Positions 7,022 to 17,199 of a stretch of DNA of 44,017 nt are shown here, piece after piece. The notes under the pieces are model-generated. The model saw only the letters and a program-made list of their open reading frames with translations. It was not told the DNA's origin and ran no database searches. A program made the position numbers and the translations under genes. Every line of letters starts with the position of its first letter. Position 1 is the first letter of the stretch. Origin of the DNA: a virus. Where the stretch lies: the UHGV virus genome UHGV-1381044. The stretch is one strand, 5' to 3'.

Positions 7022-7791
7022 TATGCCACCTCCACTAATACATGGCTGTTTTCAACTTTTACGGTTACAGTCTTGCCCTGTGCGCATTTCAGGTGCCCTG
7101 TATCGGCATCAAGATAAAACTCCGGAAAGATCAGGTCAGCGTAGGCCCCGGCTTTTTCAGCCTCTTCTTTCGCCTTTTCACTATAGTACTTGCTATTATC
7201 TGTATCCTCTCCCGTTCTGGATCCAGTACCGCCTACTGCATAGCTTATAGATGATTTATTATAAGCCTCTGCCTCTTGCGCCGCTGCCTGAGCATCTAGC
7301 ATGTACTGTCTTAACGTTTTCTGTAGTGTAGGCTCTAACTTCGCCGCTGTTATAGACCCATCCACTACAGAAGCCGATATAGTTGTGCCGTCCAATTGCA
7401 TTGCAATGGTTGCAGTGTTGGACACGTTATAAACGAACCGCTGAAAGCTGATCTTTTTTGTGGTACCATCCTGCTGCACTAAAACAAGGTTATCATCTTC
7501 ATCCAGATCAAGCTTCGTAGGCATCATTTCGATCGGAAAATCTACTGTCTCTACAGTGCCATCCTTGTGTGTTACAGTTACAATCCAAGTGGATGTGTCA
7601 ACTTCCCATCCGGTTATAAATTTAGCCGCATCTGATACTTCCAGCTTGTCCTGAGACAGACCAAGGATATACTGTGCACACTGTAAGATGCCGTTGTCCA
7701 TATGCCGCAAGTTTGTCTTACCAACTGGTGTGGATGTGTCCGGGTAGTTCACCCAGCCTATAATGCTATAAAACAGCTCACTCAGCTTCAT
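7021..7791 (-). CDS. Tail-associated hypothetical protein.
   Basis: ORF with a coupled ATGA overlap to its neighbour, in the tail module. Confidence 0.45.
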   Translation of the reverse strand: MKLSELFYSIIGWVNYPDTSTPVGKTNLRHMDNGILQCAQYILGLSQDKLEVSDAAKFITGWEVDTSTWIVTVTHKDGTVETVDFPIEMMPTKLDLDEDDNLVLVQQDGTTKKISFQRFVYNVSNTATIAMQLDGTTISASVVDGSITAAKLEPTLQKTLRQYMLDAQAAAQEAEAYNKSSISYAVGGTGSRTGEDTDNSKYYSEKAKEEAEKAGAYADLIFPEFYLDADTGHLKCAQGKTVTVKVENSHVLVEVA

Positions 7792-7975
7792 TCTTTGCTT
7801 CCTTTCCGGACTGCTGTGGTTTTTCCGGGATTTCTTTCACAATTCCACTGTCAAGGATAGCCGCAGCCTGTGCCATAAGCTTTATATTGTCAAATCCTTT
7901 TACAGCCACCATATTAAGTAGTGCTGTTAAAAGCTGAATATCCTCTTTTTTGTACTCCACCTTAGCCATGATCAA
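7778..7975 (-). CDS. Small hypothetical protein of 65 aa.
   Basis: ORF lying between the tail-fibre genes. Confidence 0.35.
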   Translation of the reverse strand: MIMAKVEYKKEDIQLLTALLNMVAVKGFDNIKLMAQAAAILDSGIVKEIPEKPQQSGKEAKNEAE

Positions 7976-9989
7976 CCTCCACTTTCCGCAGAATATATTG
8001 CAATGCCTTTACTATCACCGGGATGTAATTTATGTACGGGATGGAATAGTATTTACCATTTTTAGTATACAATGGCATTTTCGTGCCCAGATCTGCACAC
8101 ATTTTCTTTACTTCCTGTGCGATAAATCCCAGGCTTTCCGCATCGTTTACATTCAGTGCATAGGCTACCGGCCGCAGCCCTTTTATCACTTCTACAGCAA
8201 GCTTTTCATGAACATCTCTGATGTCATGCTTTAATCTTATGTCTGACCAGGTTTCCCCAGCCATTGATGAATAAACGCTTACACAGCTTATTCGATTAGC
8301 ATCGATATTTTGGCAGTTAATCGCTCCTGAAAAATCCGCTCCTGAATTAAATACCGCATTACCTCCAACTTCCAGATGGTTTGTGTAAATCGTACTCGCA
8401 CCGATGGAACTTGTATTTGCAGTTCCATCAATTTCTGCACCGGTAATCTTCAGTTTTCCATTTGCCAATGTAATACTTCCATCATTGGTTTTAAAACTGT
8501 TCGCCACCACATCACCTGTAAATGATCCGCTACTTGCTGTCAATTTACCGTCTGCCGTCATAGAGGAGTATGTTGAACTCCAGCTAAAACGATTCCCTTT
8601 TATGCTGATCCCACCGGTTTCCACCGAAAGCTGATTTGATACGTCTCCCTGGCTGACTTTCAGTTCAATCTTATCACTGACTACGTTAATCGCTGATCTC
8701 AGTTCTGCTTCCTGACCGGTAGCTCTCGTAACTTCCAGGGAAATCTGATTAGCCATCTGGGTAAACTTGGAATTAGTTCCCTCTTCCAAATTGGTAAGTT
8801 CATTTGATATTTCTTCTACAGATCGCTTAAGGATAGCAGATAAGCCTTTTATCTGTATCAATTCACTTTCAATGCTAAAAGGTCTTGATAATTCCTGACT
8901 CCCAGTGCTTTCATAGCTGTCCATAGCTCCCTGAATACCTGTAAAGGTTCTTTTCATCACAAGGGTATTAACTATCCCGTCTGTAGTCTCCAGACTGATC
9001 CTATCCCCTATTTCAATCCACGGGGAACCGTTTGTAGATATGGTTGCGGGCTGGTATTCCAGACCGTTTACGACGTTTTTAATGTTATTGGCAATTCCTA
9101 TCATCTCTGATGTGGTCTTGCCATATACCAGCATGTTTCCTTCAATGATATACACATTCTGACCGTCTCCTGTGCTGGTTCCGCCTATGTCCCCTTCTTC
9201 CTGACGGATCTGTACGGTATCTATATCCGGAACTGTATACTCTTCACTCTCGGCATTCTGATAAATTGTGATCCGAGCGGATATATCCTCTTTTCCCGGA
9301 AGTGCGATATACCGCAGTTCCCCGTTCTTATTGATGTTTCCAAATACTCCATTGATCTGGCAGATCTGCTGCAGTACTTCCCGCCCTTTCAAAGCTGTAG
9401 GATTTATTGTCTTTTCTACCTGCATTTCATCATTAACAAGAACTGCATTTTCTTCCCGTACACCTACAAATGAACAGAGTGATTTACGAAATGCTTTTAA
9501 TGTCATTGGAAAACTCAATGCATTATACCAACCGGACACATCTACATCAAAACGCTGCATCCTGTCATAGGCTATTATCTTTCTGGTATTCTTGTCTTCC
9601 TGCTTGGGTGTAGACTCTACTTTAAATAAGCCCAGGACCATGTTATAGCCACCAAATGACTCTATAGCCATAAATTCCCGACCTGAAATACTCTGGGTCA
9701 GTCCCGTTACTGTAATTTCAAACTGGGCTGCCTCACACGATCCAAAGCTTAGATCTTCGTCTGAACACAGGCTTTCTGTTATAGCAAGGGAATCTGTTAC
9801 TATCTGATCATCTCCTATGGAAAAATCCACAGCATCCGCAGACATTTCAGACGGATATAAATCCTCTGAAGGATACAGTGTTTCAGATGGGTACAGAGCA
9901 TGATATTCTTCTTTAAAAAAAGTCAGCTTAAGACTTTTTCCACCATATTCGTTAAACAGGTCTTTATAAACCTGATCGATCTCTATCAT
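7962..9989 (-). CDS. Tail fibre/tail-spike protein with a C-terminal intramolecular-chaperone autoprocessing domain (peptidase S74-like).
   Basis: The C-terminal motif SDIRLKHDI...GLRPVAY...LGFIAQEV is characteristic of the S74 chaperone domain. The N-terminus has three tandem (L/T)YPSE repeats. Confidence 0.7.
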   Translation of the reverse strand: MIEIDQVYKDLFNEYGGKSLKLTFFKEEYHALYPSETLYPSEDLYPSEMSADAVDFSIGDDQIVTDSLAITESLCSDEDLSFGSCEAAQFEITVTGLTQSISGREFMAIESFGGYNMVLGLFKVESTPKQEDKNTRKIIAYDRMQRFDVDVSGWYNALSFPMTLKAFRKSLCSFVGVREENAVLVNDEMQVEKTINPTALKGREVLQQICQINGVFGNINKNGELRYIALPGKEDISARITIYQNAESEEYTVPDIDTVQIRQEEGDIGGTSTGDGQNVYIIEGNMLVYGKTTSEMIGIANNIKNVVNGLEYQPATISTNGSPWIEIGDRISLETTDGIVNTLVMKRTFTGIQGAMDSYESTGSQELSRPFSIESELIQIKGLSAILKRSVEEISNELTNLEEGTNSKFTQMANQISLEVTRATGQEAELRSAINVVSDKIELKVSQGDVSNQLSVETGGISIKGNRFSWSSTYSSMTADGKLTASSGSFTGDVVANSFKTNDGSITLANGKLKITGAEIDGTANTSSIGASTIYTNHLEVGGNAVFNSGADFSGAINCQNIDANRISCVSVYSSMAGETWSDIRLKHDIRDVHEKLAVEVIKGLRPVAYALNVNDAESLGFIAQEVKKMCADLGTKMPLYTKNGKYYSIPYINYIPVIVKALQYILRKVEVDHG

Positions 9990-10001
9990 CTGCTCCGCTC
10001 C

Positions 10002-10415
10002 TTAATACTGGATCATTTCAATGGTCACTTTTTCGTAGTACATTTCGCCGGTGTCATTATCTGCAATGTGATCTATGGCGAATTCCGTATCCGGGATATA
10101 AAAAGAGCCTGTACCATACTCGCATGTGTCAAGATTCCAGAATGTCACTCTGTACTTTCGCTGAGTAGCATCCATCAAGCCATTTGCCTTGATGGAGTTA
10201 AACAAGTCTTTTTCGCCCTGGGACAGCGGCCTTATCTCAAGATTGAGTGTCGTTTTGAAATTAGGGGACGTCACCCTCTGCAGGGACTCGTTGTTATCCC
10301 TCCAAGCCTTTTTCTCGATCCTCTGATCGGGGGTGGATCTGTATCGGGTAAGGAAGCTGTTCGGGAGCTGTGTGTTCCCAAACATTACCAGATAACCTCT
10401 ATAGTCTTTCTGCAT
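10002..10415 (-). CDS. Tail component. The call (distal tail-like) rests on position only.
   Basis: It lies directly downstream of the tape measure gene. Confidence 0.4.
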   Translation of the reverse strand: MQKDYRGYLVMFGNTQLPNSFLTRYRSTPDQRIEKKAWRDNNESLQRVTSPNFKTTLNLEIRPLSQGEKDLFNSIKANGLMDATQRKYRVTFWNLDTCEYGTGSFYIPDTEFAIDHIADNDTGEMYYEKVTIEMIQY

Positions 10416-10425
10416 GCCTTACCTC

Positions 10426-13284
10426 CTACACTAAGACAGGATTTTTTCCCGTCCTTTTCTTTTCCTGACGGACAAACTTCACTGTAGAAGCTCCCATTTC
10501 TTTGCCGTCCAGATAAATGTATCCTACTATATCACCACCACCCAGGCCACCAGCTTCCTGAAGCGCCTCTTTTAATGCCTGTTTCATGGTGGACAGCGGA
10601 GACACAACCTCTGTTTCTTTCTTGTTATCTCCCAGAATTGCGGCAAATTCACCAGCACGAGGCGGAACCACTGTACCAGAAGCAAGGCGTGGGAGTCTGA
10701 CTTCCTGAAGTTGGAACCCAAAAGTCTTTCCACCAATCTCCGGGATCCAGTCAGGCACATCAAAACTGACTCTATTCAATGCTCTGACAATATAATTCAC
10801 TGCATTCTCTGCAATGGATACAATGCCATTAAAAACACCTTTAAAGATATCCTTAATCCCTTCCCAGGCTTTTCCCCAATCTCCGGAGAATGTCCCATTG
10901 ATAAATGTTATGAGGCCGTTTACTGCCTGTTTGAGGCTTTCTATGACCTCATTCAAGCCGGGGAGCATATCTGTGATACCCTTTTTTAATCCTTCAATCA
11001 GATATCCGCCCATTTCTGCCATAACAGTTGACGGGCTATGTATGCCAAACGCATCTTTAAAGCCATTTAGGAACGGCTGGAATACATGTTCTTTGATCCA
11101 GTTTCCTATGTCCTTAACTGCATCTATGATACCATTAAGGATACCTGCGCCCCAGTCTCCACCAGCCTGCTTTGCGTACTCTGTAAAGTAGCTCTTCATA
11201 CTCTCTATAGAGTCATGGAACAGACCATAAAGGAATTCGCCTAATGATGCAAGGGCCGCTCCTAACCCATAAAACAGGCTAGCAGCAATTCCTGCATAGT
11301 CTATAGTGGCAAGTCCCTCGGCTATCTTTTCACCGGCCTCTTGCCAGTCTGTTTCTATCAATGCCGCACTGATACCATCACATATACCTTTTGCAAGCCT
11401 GCTTATAGCTTGTGCGTAGCTTTTAAGGTCAATATTTGCAATAGCTCCATTAATGCCTTTTCCCAAGGCAGTTCCCGCTTTAGACCAGTCAAAGGTTGTT
11501 ACAAAGCCTAATAACATTTGAAATACAATATTAAACTTTGCCACAAACAGCTTTCCCAGGTTTTCCCAGTTTACTTCATCAATAAAGCCGTTAAAGCCCT
11601 CTGCAATCTTGCTTCCAAGTTGTACCCAGTCAATACCATCAACCAGAAGATTTAATGTATTCACAAGGGTATTTAAACCAGCGCCTACCGTCCTTCCCAT
11701 TAAGTCCCAGTCAATATTTTTGACCAGGCTGTTAAAGGTCTGTGTAAAGGCATTTACAAAGGCTGTGATCTTTGGTCCTACATGATCCCAGTTAATAGCA
11801 TCATAGACCTTCTGAAGACCTGCATTGATTCCCTGAGCCATGTACGCACCTAATCCGGACCAATCCTGTGCTTTGATCAGGCTGCGGATCTTATCGGCCA
11901 TGCCCTTGATCGAACTTTCACTAGGTGTAGTCTCAAACATCTGGGACGGGGATACACCGCCGCCTCCACCGCTTCCGGAAGAAGAATCTGTTTTCTTAAC
12001 ATTTAATTTGTCGAATGCGGCCAGTTCTCCCTCTGCTTCCTTGGCAGCACTTCCAGTCTTTTTCAGGGACTTAGCATAATCCTGCTGTACCTTTGTAGCT
12101 TTAACTACTGTGCTTTTTCCGGTCAGTGCTGACATAAACTGAGCAATGGCCGTTACTGCGGTATTAAGCAGTCCGATCAGGTAATTAAGCGCTGGAGCTA
12201 CTGCAGATAATATGGGCGCAAATGCTGTTGCAAAACTATTCTTAAGCTGTGTCATGGAAGACATCAGACTGGAAATATCTTTATTGGTTGATCCAGAATA
12301 TTGCGCCAGGTTCTTAAAACCTTCAGCAACGGCACTTCTCATCTTGCCGAACAGTGCATACAATGTCCGGATACCTAAGCCATACTTAACCAGATTTTTC
12401 AGGCTTAATGTAGTCTTATTCGCAGATTTATGGATTCCAAACATACCGGCAGTCATCTTTACAAGCCCGTTTAAGATCGGCTTACCTACCAGTTTTCCCA
12501 GGCTTACAGATGCCTTTGCCGCCAAGGAGGCTATGTTTTTAATTCCTTTTGCTGCTGTTTTCAGTATCCCGCCAGACAGCATTTTGACACCTGAGCCCAG
12601 AGACTGGAATCCCTGTTTAACTCTGTCAAGTGTTCCTCCATAATCTGAAGTTTCTCCTTTTGCCGCTGCCAGACTTCCGCCATATTCCTGTATCTTCTGT
12701 TTAAGAGCCATAAAGGACGTATTCACCCGGTTATTAACATCAGCAAGCTTCTGTTGCTCTGTTTCAAGCTGTGCTGCTGTCTTTTGTGCCTCTGCCGTAT
12801 TGGATCCGGTTTTAAAAGCACCTCCGCTGTTTTCAAGGGCCTGCTTCTCAGCAGTAGCATATTCCAGAGTTTTAACTAGCTGATCAGCGTCATACTGCAT
12901 TCTGGCATAGGCTTTACTGTTGGTCTTTCCACCTGTATTTATGAATTTTTCCTGGCGTTCATTTAATGCTGAGAGTTTCTTTTCCGTCTCTGCTATCTGC
13001 TTCTGGATCTCTGCATATTCTTCAGTAGGGATCTTCTGGGAGTTAAATTCTTCTATTTTCTTTTTCAGGGCTTCAACCCGTTTTTCCTGTGCTGCATACT
13101 GGGCATTTACCTTTGAAAAGGAATCCAACTGTTTCTGAAGCGCTATCTTAGATTTATCTCCAATATCACCGACTGTCTTTGCCATGCGTTTGGCAGCAAG
13201 TTCTATATCTTTAGATCCGGCTTTAAAGCCATCTTCTGAAATTGTGGTATCAATCAGTATTGTTCCGTCTGCCTGCACGCTCAT
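10426..13284 (-). CDS. Tail tape measure protein, 952 aa.
   Basis: It matches on length, N-terminal coiled coil, Gly/Ala-rich hydrophobic middle and position after the chaperones. Confidence 0.9.
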   Translation of the reverse strand: MSVQADGTILIDTTISEDGFKAGSKDIELAAKRMAKTVGDIGDKSKIALQKQLDSFSKVNAQYAAQEKRVEALKKKIEEFNSQKIPTEEYAEIQKQIAETEKKLSALNERQEKFINTGGKTNSKAYARMQYDADQLVKTLEYATAEKQALENSGGAFKTGSNTAEAQKTAAQLETEQQKLADVNNRVNTSFMALKQKIQEYGGSLAAAKGETSDYGGTLDRVKQGFQSLGSGVKMLSGGILKTAAKGIKNIASLAAKASVSLGKLVGKPILNGLVKMTAGMFGIHKSANKTTLSLKNLVKYGLGIRTLYALFGKMRSAVAEGFKNLAQYSGSTNKDISSLMSSMTQLKNSFATAFAPILSAVAPALNYLIGLLNTAVTAIAQFMSALTGKSTVVKATKVQQDYAKSLKKTGSAAKEAEGELAAFDKLNVKKTDSSSGSGGGGGVSPSQMFETTPSESSIKGMADKIRSLIKAQDWSGLGAYMAQGINAGLQKVYDAINWDHVGPKITAFVNAFTQTFNSLVKNIDWDLMGRTVGAGLNTLVNTLNLLVDGIDWVQLGSKIAEGFNGFIDEVNWENLGKLFVAKFNIVFQMLLGFVTTFDWSKAGTALGKGINGAIANIDLKSYAQAISRLAKGICDGISAALIETDWQEAGEKIAEGLATIDYAGIAASLFYGLGAALASLGEFLYGLFHDSIESMKSYFTEYAKQAGGDWGAGILNGIIDAVKDIGNWIKEHVFQPFLNGFKDAFGIHSPSTVMAEMGGYLIEGLKKGITDMLPGLNEVIESLKQAVNGLITFINGTFSGDWGKAWEGIKDIFKGVFNGIVSIAENAVNYIVRALNRVSFDVPDWIPEIGGKTFGFQLQEVRLPRLASGTVVPPRAGEFAAILGDNKKETEVVSPLSTMKQALKEALQEAGGLGGGDIVGYIYLDGKEMGASTVKFVRQEKKRTGKNPVLV

Positions 13285-13290
13285 GCCTCC

Positions 13291-13848
13291 TTACAGCCAC
13301 TTTTCAAGGCTTGCAATCTCCCGTTTCTGCTCTTCACTCTGGACTGCCGGCAGCTTAACCAGGTCCAGATTTTCCTTTTCAAATTCCTTCTCCCATTTTT
13401 CCAGTTTTTTATGTCTTGCTTTCTTCTGCCTGATCGATAACACCTGGGAAAAGAGACCGTCTTCCACTTCCATGAAATATCCCAGGAATGTCCACCAGTG
13501 CATGTATTTCTCTGCACGAAGTTCTTTGCCAGCCACTTTATTAACAGCTGGCATAATGATAACTGCATCATGCTGCCAGTCAATGACCTTTTTCTGTGGT
13601 TTTCTCTTATCATTCAGACCACCATCTATAAAATCAGCGGCCTTTTTGCATGCCTCTTCATAGCAGTGTACAGGGATTGTATCCGAATCCACATACAGGA
13701 TCTGATACATGGCATCCTGCTTTTCATAATCATTCAGATCCGGATCTGCACAGGCTATGAGAATATCCAGTATGACCCGAAAGTCCGACTGGATATTGTA
13801 ATCAATGCCTTCGATATTTATTACTGTTGGAAGATCATAACCTATCAT
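13291..13848 (-). CDS. Tail assembly chaperone-like protein.
   Basis: It lies between the major tail and tape measure genes and is acidic. An ATGA overlap couples it to the upstream ORF. Confidence 0.5.
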   Translation of the reverse strand: MIGYDLPTVINIEGIDYNIQSDFRVILDILIACADPDLNDYEKQDAMYQILYVDSDTIPVHCYEEACKKAADFIDGGLNDKRKPQKKVIDWQHDAVIIMPAVNKVAGKELRAEKYMHWWTFLGYFMEVEDGLFSQVLSIRQKKARHKKLEKWEKEFEKENLDLVKLPAVQSEEQKREIASLEKWL

Positions 13849-14252
13849 TTCTTATACTTGTCCGTGTACTTCTTTACCTTTGCACTAGTCTTCCGTACTC
13901 TGACATCCAGCTCTTTTTCAATGAATGCTGCAACAACGCTTAACACATATTCACATAAAAGAGTTCCGTCTGGACGTGGGGTAAATGGATTAGCTCCGGC
14001 AAACAGAGCTTCTGAGGCATCGGTATTTAACAGATAATCAAACTGCTCTTTTACTTTATCTGAGATGGCATACATCTTATCAATGTCTTCCCCTTCCGGA
14101 AGCTGTATCTTCTCAAATTCCGCTGCCACTTTCTCATAGCGTTTTACTATATCCAGATCCGCAGGGTTCCAGTAAAATCCGCCTGTCACATTTCCTTTAC
14201 TGTCAGCGATCTCGATCCATTCCCTATTATCCAGTACAAGCTGCTTTCCCAT
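13845..14252 (-). CDS. Tail assembly chaperone-like protein.
   Basis: Called on position alone. Confidence 0.45.
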   Translation of the reverse strand: MGKQLVLDNREWIEIADSKGNVTGGFYWNPADLDIVKRYEKVAAEFEKIQLPEGEDIDKMYAISDKVKEQFDYLLNTDASEALFAGANPFTPRPDGTLLCEYVLSVVAAFIEKELDVRVRKTSAKVKKYTDKYKK

Positions 14253-14263
14253 TTAAATCTCCT

Positions 14264-14761
14264 TTAGCCTAAATCTGATGGTGTGAATGTTTTCTTACTT
14301 ACATCCCATGTACCTTTTACTCTGTTACCTGCCTTATACACAGAAAATGGAGTCTGTATGCCGGATGTATCGCCACCTACACTGTTCGGGATTAAGTAAA
14401 CATCTTCTCTATAAGCCCATACTACAGTAGGCGCAGCGTCCTCAGTTAATCCTGGTTTTAACAGCACGTCAACCATAGTGGTCTTGCACTTATCGCCTGT
14501 GGCTCTTGTATTGGCCAGATCCATGATCTTGTTGCTAAGGGTATCGTCATAATCTTCGTAGTAAAAAGGATCTACATCTGACTGTACTTCATAGCCTGAG
14601 TGCTGCACTGACTGTTCGCCTAAGATGTTTTTAGTAACCTCAACATCAGGGTTCAGCTCTTCATTGTACTCTTCCAGGTTTTTTCCGATTCTTACATAAG
14701 TCGGAGTTGATGTGCTAAAGGCTGCGTCAATGTAATGCGCCAAGTACTTACGTTCAATCAT
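14264..14761 (-). CDS. Major tail protein candidate.
   Basis: Called from its position upstream of the chaperones and its size of 165 aa. Confidence 0.5.
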   Translation of the reverse strand: MIERKYLAHYIDAAFSTSTPTYVRIGKNLEEYNEELNPDVEVTKNILGEQSVQHSGYEVQSDVDPFYYEDYDDTLSNKIMDLANTRATGDKCKTTMVDVLLKPGLTEDAAPTVVWAYREDVYLIPNSVGGDTSGIQTPFSVYKAGNRVKGTWDVSKKTFTPSDLG

Positions 14762-14782
14762 GCTATCATTTCCTTTCTATGG

Positions 14783-15280
14783 TTAAAATTCTATGTCATT
14801 TGTATACTGAACTGTTACCGGCAGTACCCAATCCTGTACTGCGTTTTCATTTGGCTCCAGTCCGTATGAGTTATCGCGAGTGATTCGTTTTATAACCCGG
14901 CCTTCTGACAATGCCGGGAAAGTCGTAAGACGCGTTTGAGCACCATTTATTACTACCGGTTCATGGCACAGCCACTTCCCAAGAGTGTCGAGGAACTCTT
15001 GGGCGCTAAGCTTTAGCCTCTCTTTATTTGAGGCCGTCCGGTATACAACATAAAACGGGTACTGGCACTTTTGATGCCTGCCGCCGCATACGTCTTCAGT
15101 TTCGGCGTACACCAATGCGCCGTTATCAGCCGAAAAGGCTAATCCAGAGTCTTTAGTAAGCTCTTCAAATTTAATGATTTCACCATCCTTAAGACCTGGA
15201 TATTGATTTAAAAGCGATTTAACGGCACGTGTCAAAATCTCATACCCGCTGGCATCCATGCCGATTGGCTTACTATCCAT
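14783..15280 (-). CDS. Structural protein, possibly a tail terminator or neck protein.
   Basis: Called on position alone. Confidence 0.4.
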   Translation of the reverse strand: MDSKPIGMDASGYEILTRAVKSLLNQYPGLKDGEIIKFEELTKDSGLAFSADNGALVYAETEDVCGGRHQKCQYPFYVVYRTASNKERLKLSAQEFLDTLGKWLCHEPVVINGAQTRLTTFPALSEGRVIKRITRDNSYGLEPNENAVQDWVLPVTVQYTNDIEF

Positions 15281-15764
15281 GTTTTCCTCCTCCGGCTATG
15301 CGTTTAACGTCTTTAATCCATGTCTTTCCGTCCGCTTCTTTTGCAGCATCAAACCAGTGATCTTGCGCTTTAGGATGTGCCTGATGCGTGTAAGATATGT
15401 TTTCTCGATCATTTGTCTTGCCAGTGTATTCACTCACAAGCACCTTCCGCGCTCCACGCCTCGCCCAAGGTGATCCGGTCTTTTCGTCAACCATGACTTT
15501 ACCCTCGTACAGGTATCTGCCTTGTGGTCCATAAGCAGCAAATACTTTTCCTGTTCCCTGTTCCGCAGCACTAGCGGCTCTGGTTGTGTTTATAAAGCTG
15601 CCTGTAACCATTGGCATAAAGGGTACCATGCTATTCATTACAGCACCGTCAAGCTGGTATTGTGCCCGCTTGTATTGCGTTTCAAAACGGTCATATCCTA
15701 TCTTTACGTGTACATCCCCATCAACAACGGAAAAACCCTTAAAATGTCGTGTCTTTGAGCTCAT
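15273..15764 (-). CDS. Minor capsid / head-tail joining protein.
   Basis: Called from its position and its resemblance to the small minor-capsid families of Firmicutes siphoviruses. Confidence 0.45.
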   Translation of the reverse strand: MSSKTRHFKGFSVVDGDVHVKIGYDRFETQYKRAQYQLDGAVMNSMVPFMPMVTGSFINTTRAASAAEQGTGKVFAAYGPQGRYLYEGKVMVDEKTGSPWARRGARKVLVSEYTGKTNDRENISYTHQAHPKAQDHWFDAAKEADGKTWIKDVKRIAGGGKHG

Positions 15765-16277
15765 TTACTTACCTAAAATTTCAAAATGAGGGATAACGGT
15801 ATACGGACCACCTACACTGGTTATCTTGTAAACATTGTCGCGGTTGCTGTTCATGTACTGGTAAAAACCATTGCGGTAGTCACCCTCAGTAACCATGCCG
15901 CCAGTCCATTCACCCTGCCAGAAAAAATCCTCTGGCCCGAAGGTGATGCTGTCCGGAAGTTCATCATTGACCTGCGCCGCCCATGCTTTCGGAGTCATCC
16001 ACGGCATCGCTGCACCGTCTGACCGCTGCACCATCACCTTGTCTCCGTCTGGGGCGTAAGCAATATGCAGCGCGGCATTGTCGGTACTGTCTGGGCCATA
16101 CTTTTTCAGTATTGCGCCGTGGTCGGTTATCAGGTCAACTCCGGATAAAACATGAGGATACCAGTACGCATCTCCTGTTGTGGCTGATTCGTAATAATTG
16201 AAAAGTGTTATAATTTTGCTATAGATATATCTCACCTCGCATTTACGGGAGTTGAAACTGCGTCCACATCGCTCCAA
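15765..16277 (-). CDS. Minor capsid / head-tail adaptor protein. The start is uncertain because the ORF overlaps the HNH gene by 46 nt.
   Basis: ORF containing the motif ITFGPEDFFWQGEW. Confidence 0.45.
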   Translation of the reverse strand: MERCGRSFNSRKCEVRYIYSKIITLFNYYESATTGDAYWYPHVLSGVDLITDHGAILKKYGPDSTDNAALHIAYAPDGDKVMVQRSDGAAMPWMTPKAWAAQVNDELPDSITFGPEDFFWQGEWTGGMVTEGDYRNGFYQYMNSNRDNVYKITSVGGPYTVIPHFEILGK

Positions 16278-16858
16278 CCACGATATCTTCTCTTGGTTAT
16301 AGTGTTATAGGAAATCCCGGTTATTTCACTCCATTCTGTTAATGTATGTGTTTCCCCATTTACAGTAACGTAAACATTGCCTCTTTTATTGTTGGCTTGC
16401 TGTTTCAAAGTTGCCCATCTACAATTTTCAGGACAATAATTTCCATCCACGTTTACTCTATCTATAGTAAGATTTTCAGCATATCCATTTCTTAATGCCC
16501 ATTCCTTAAAATCAAGGAATGACTTTTCCCATTCTTCGCAAACAGAAATGCCCCTGCCACCATAGTTTTTATAAGATGGCTCTCCAATATAGGAACAGCG
16601 TCTACGCATATCTACCCATATAGTGTATAAGCGTGTGTTTCTATCTCCATGAATTTTCTTAGCTTCCGACACTCTATCTTTTTGATAACAGCCGCAACTA
16701 AGTGTATTTTTGCGAATCAAATTATTTGAAGCTACAATTACTTCGTTTCCACAATCACATTTACAAAGCCACTGAGATTGCCCCGTTTTATTAACTTTAT
16801 CAATGGCTATAAGTCTTCCGAATCTTTGATTTGTTAAATTTCTTGTTGGTCTTGGCAT
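16232..16858 (-). CDS. Free-standing HNH homing endonuclease (AT-rich) inserted between head genes.
   Basis: It has the Cys cluster LCKCDCGNE...SCGC, the HNH/AP2-like region NLTIDRVNVDGNYCPENCRWATLKQQANN, and low GC. It is paralogous to the N-terminus of the 31412 gene. Confidence 0.75.
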   Translation of the reverse strand: MPRPTRNLTNQRFGRLIAIDKVNKTGQSQWLCKCDCGNEVIVASNNLIRKNTLSCGCYQKDRVSEAKKIHGDRNTRLYTIWVDMRRRCSYIGEPSYKNYGGRGISVCEEWEKSFLDFKEWALRNGYAENLTIDRVNVDGNYCPENCRWATLKQQANNKRGNVYVTVNGETHTLTEWSEITGISYNTITKRRYRGWSDVDAVSTPVNAR

Positions 16859-16919
16859 AATAAATCCATCTCATTTTAGGAAAAGGACTTACTGCTGTCT
16901 CACGACATGTGCCTTTTAA

Positions 16920-17189
16920 TTATTCTTTCTGCGTTGTCTGCTTAATAACCTGATTCACGCCAGTAGCCGACAATCCGTTAAACATGCCGACCGCAACCGC
17001 TGTGATATAATCCGTTGCCGGAAAATCCGGGATAACTCCCATTCCGACCGCTCCGAGAATTCCACCAATAACCGCCATGATTACCGGAATCCATTCATCA
17101 GGGATTTTTTTTGATGCTTTGCAACCCATTCCTACAATGTAGCAGATCATAACGATTGCTATACATGAGCCTAATGTTGAAATGTCCAT
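16920..17189 (-). CDS. Small membrane protein of 89 aa, holin-like. The ORF track extends it to 17246.
   Basis: RBS GGTGGA precedes ATG 17189. It has two or three hydrophobic helices with a charged KASKKIPDEW linker. Confidence 0.45.
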   Translation of the reverse strand: MDISTLGSCIAIVMICYIVGMGCKASKKIPDEWIPVIMAVIGGILGAVGMGVIPDFPATDYITAVAVGMFNGLSATGVNQVIKQTTQKE

Positions 17190-17199
17190 TCTTTCCACC

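Noticed and set aside
10711-13663. Plus-strand ORFs of 60-160 codons overlapping the tape-measure and chaperone genes (for example 12212..12643, 13184..13663, 13498..14037).
   Set aside because: They are shadows of the long minus-strand structural genes, with biased composition and no start signals.
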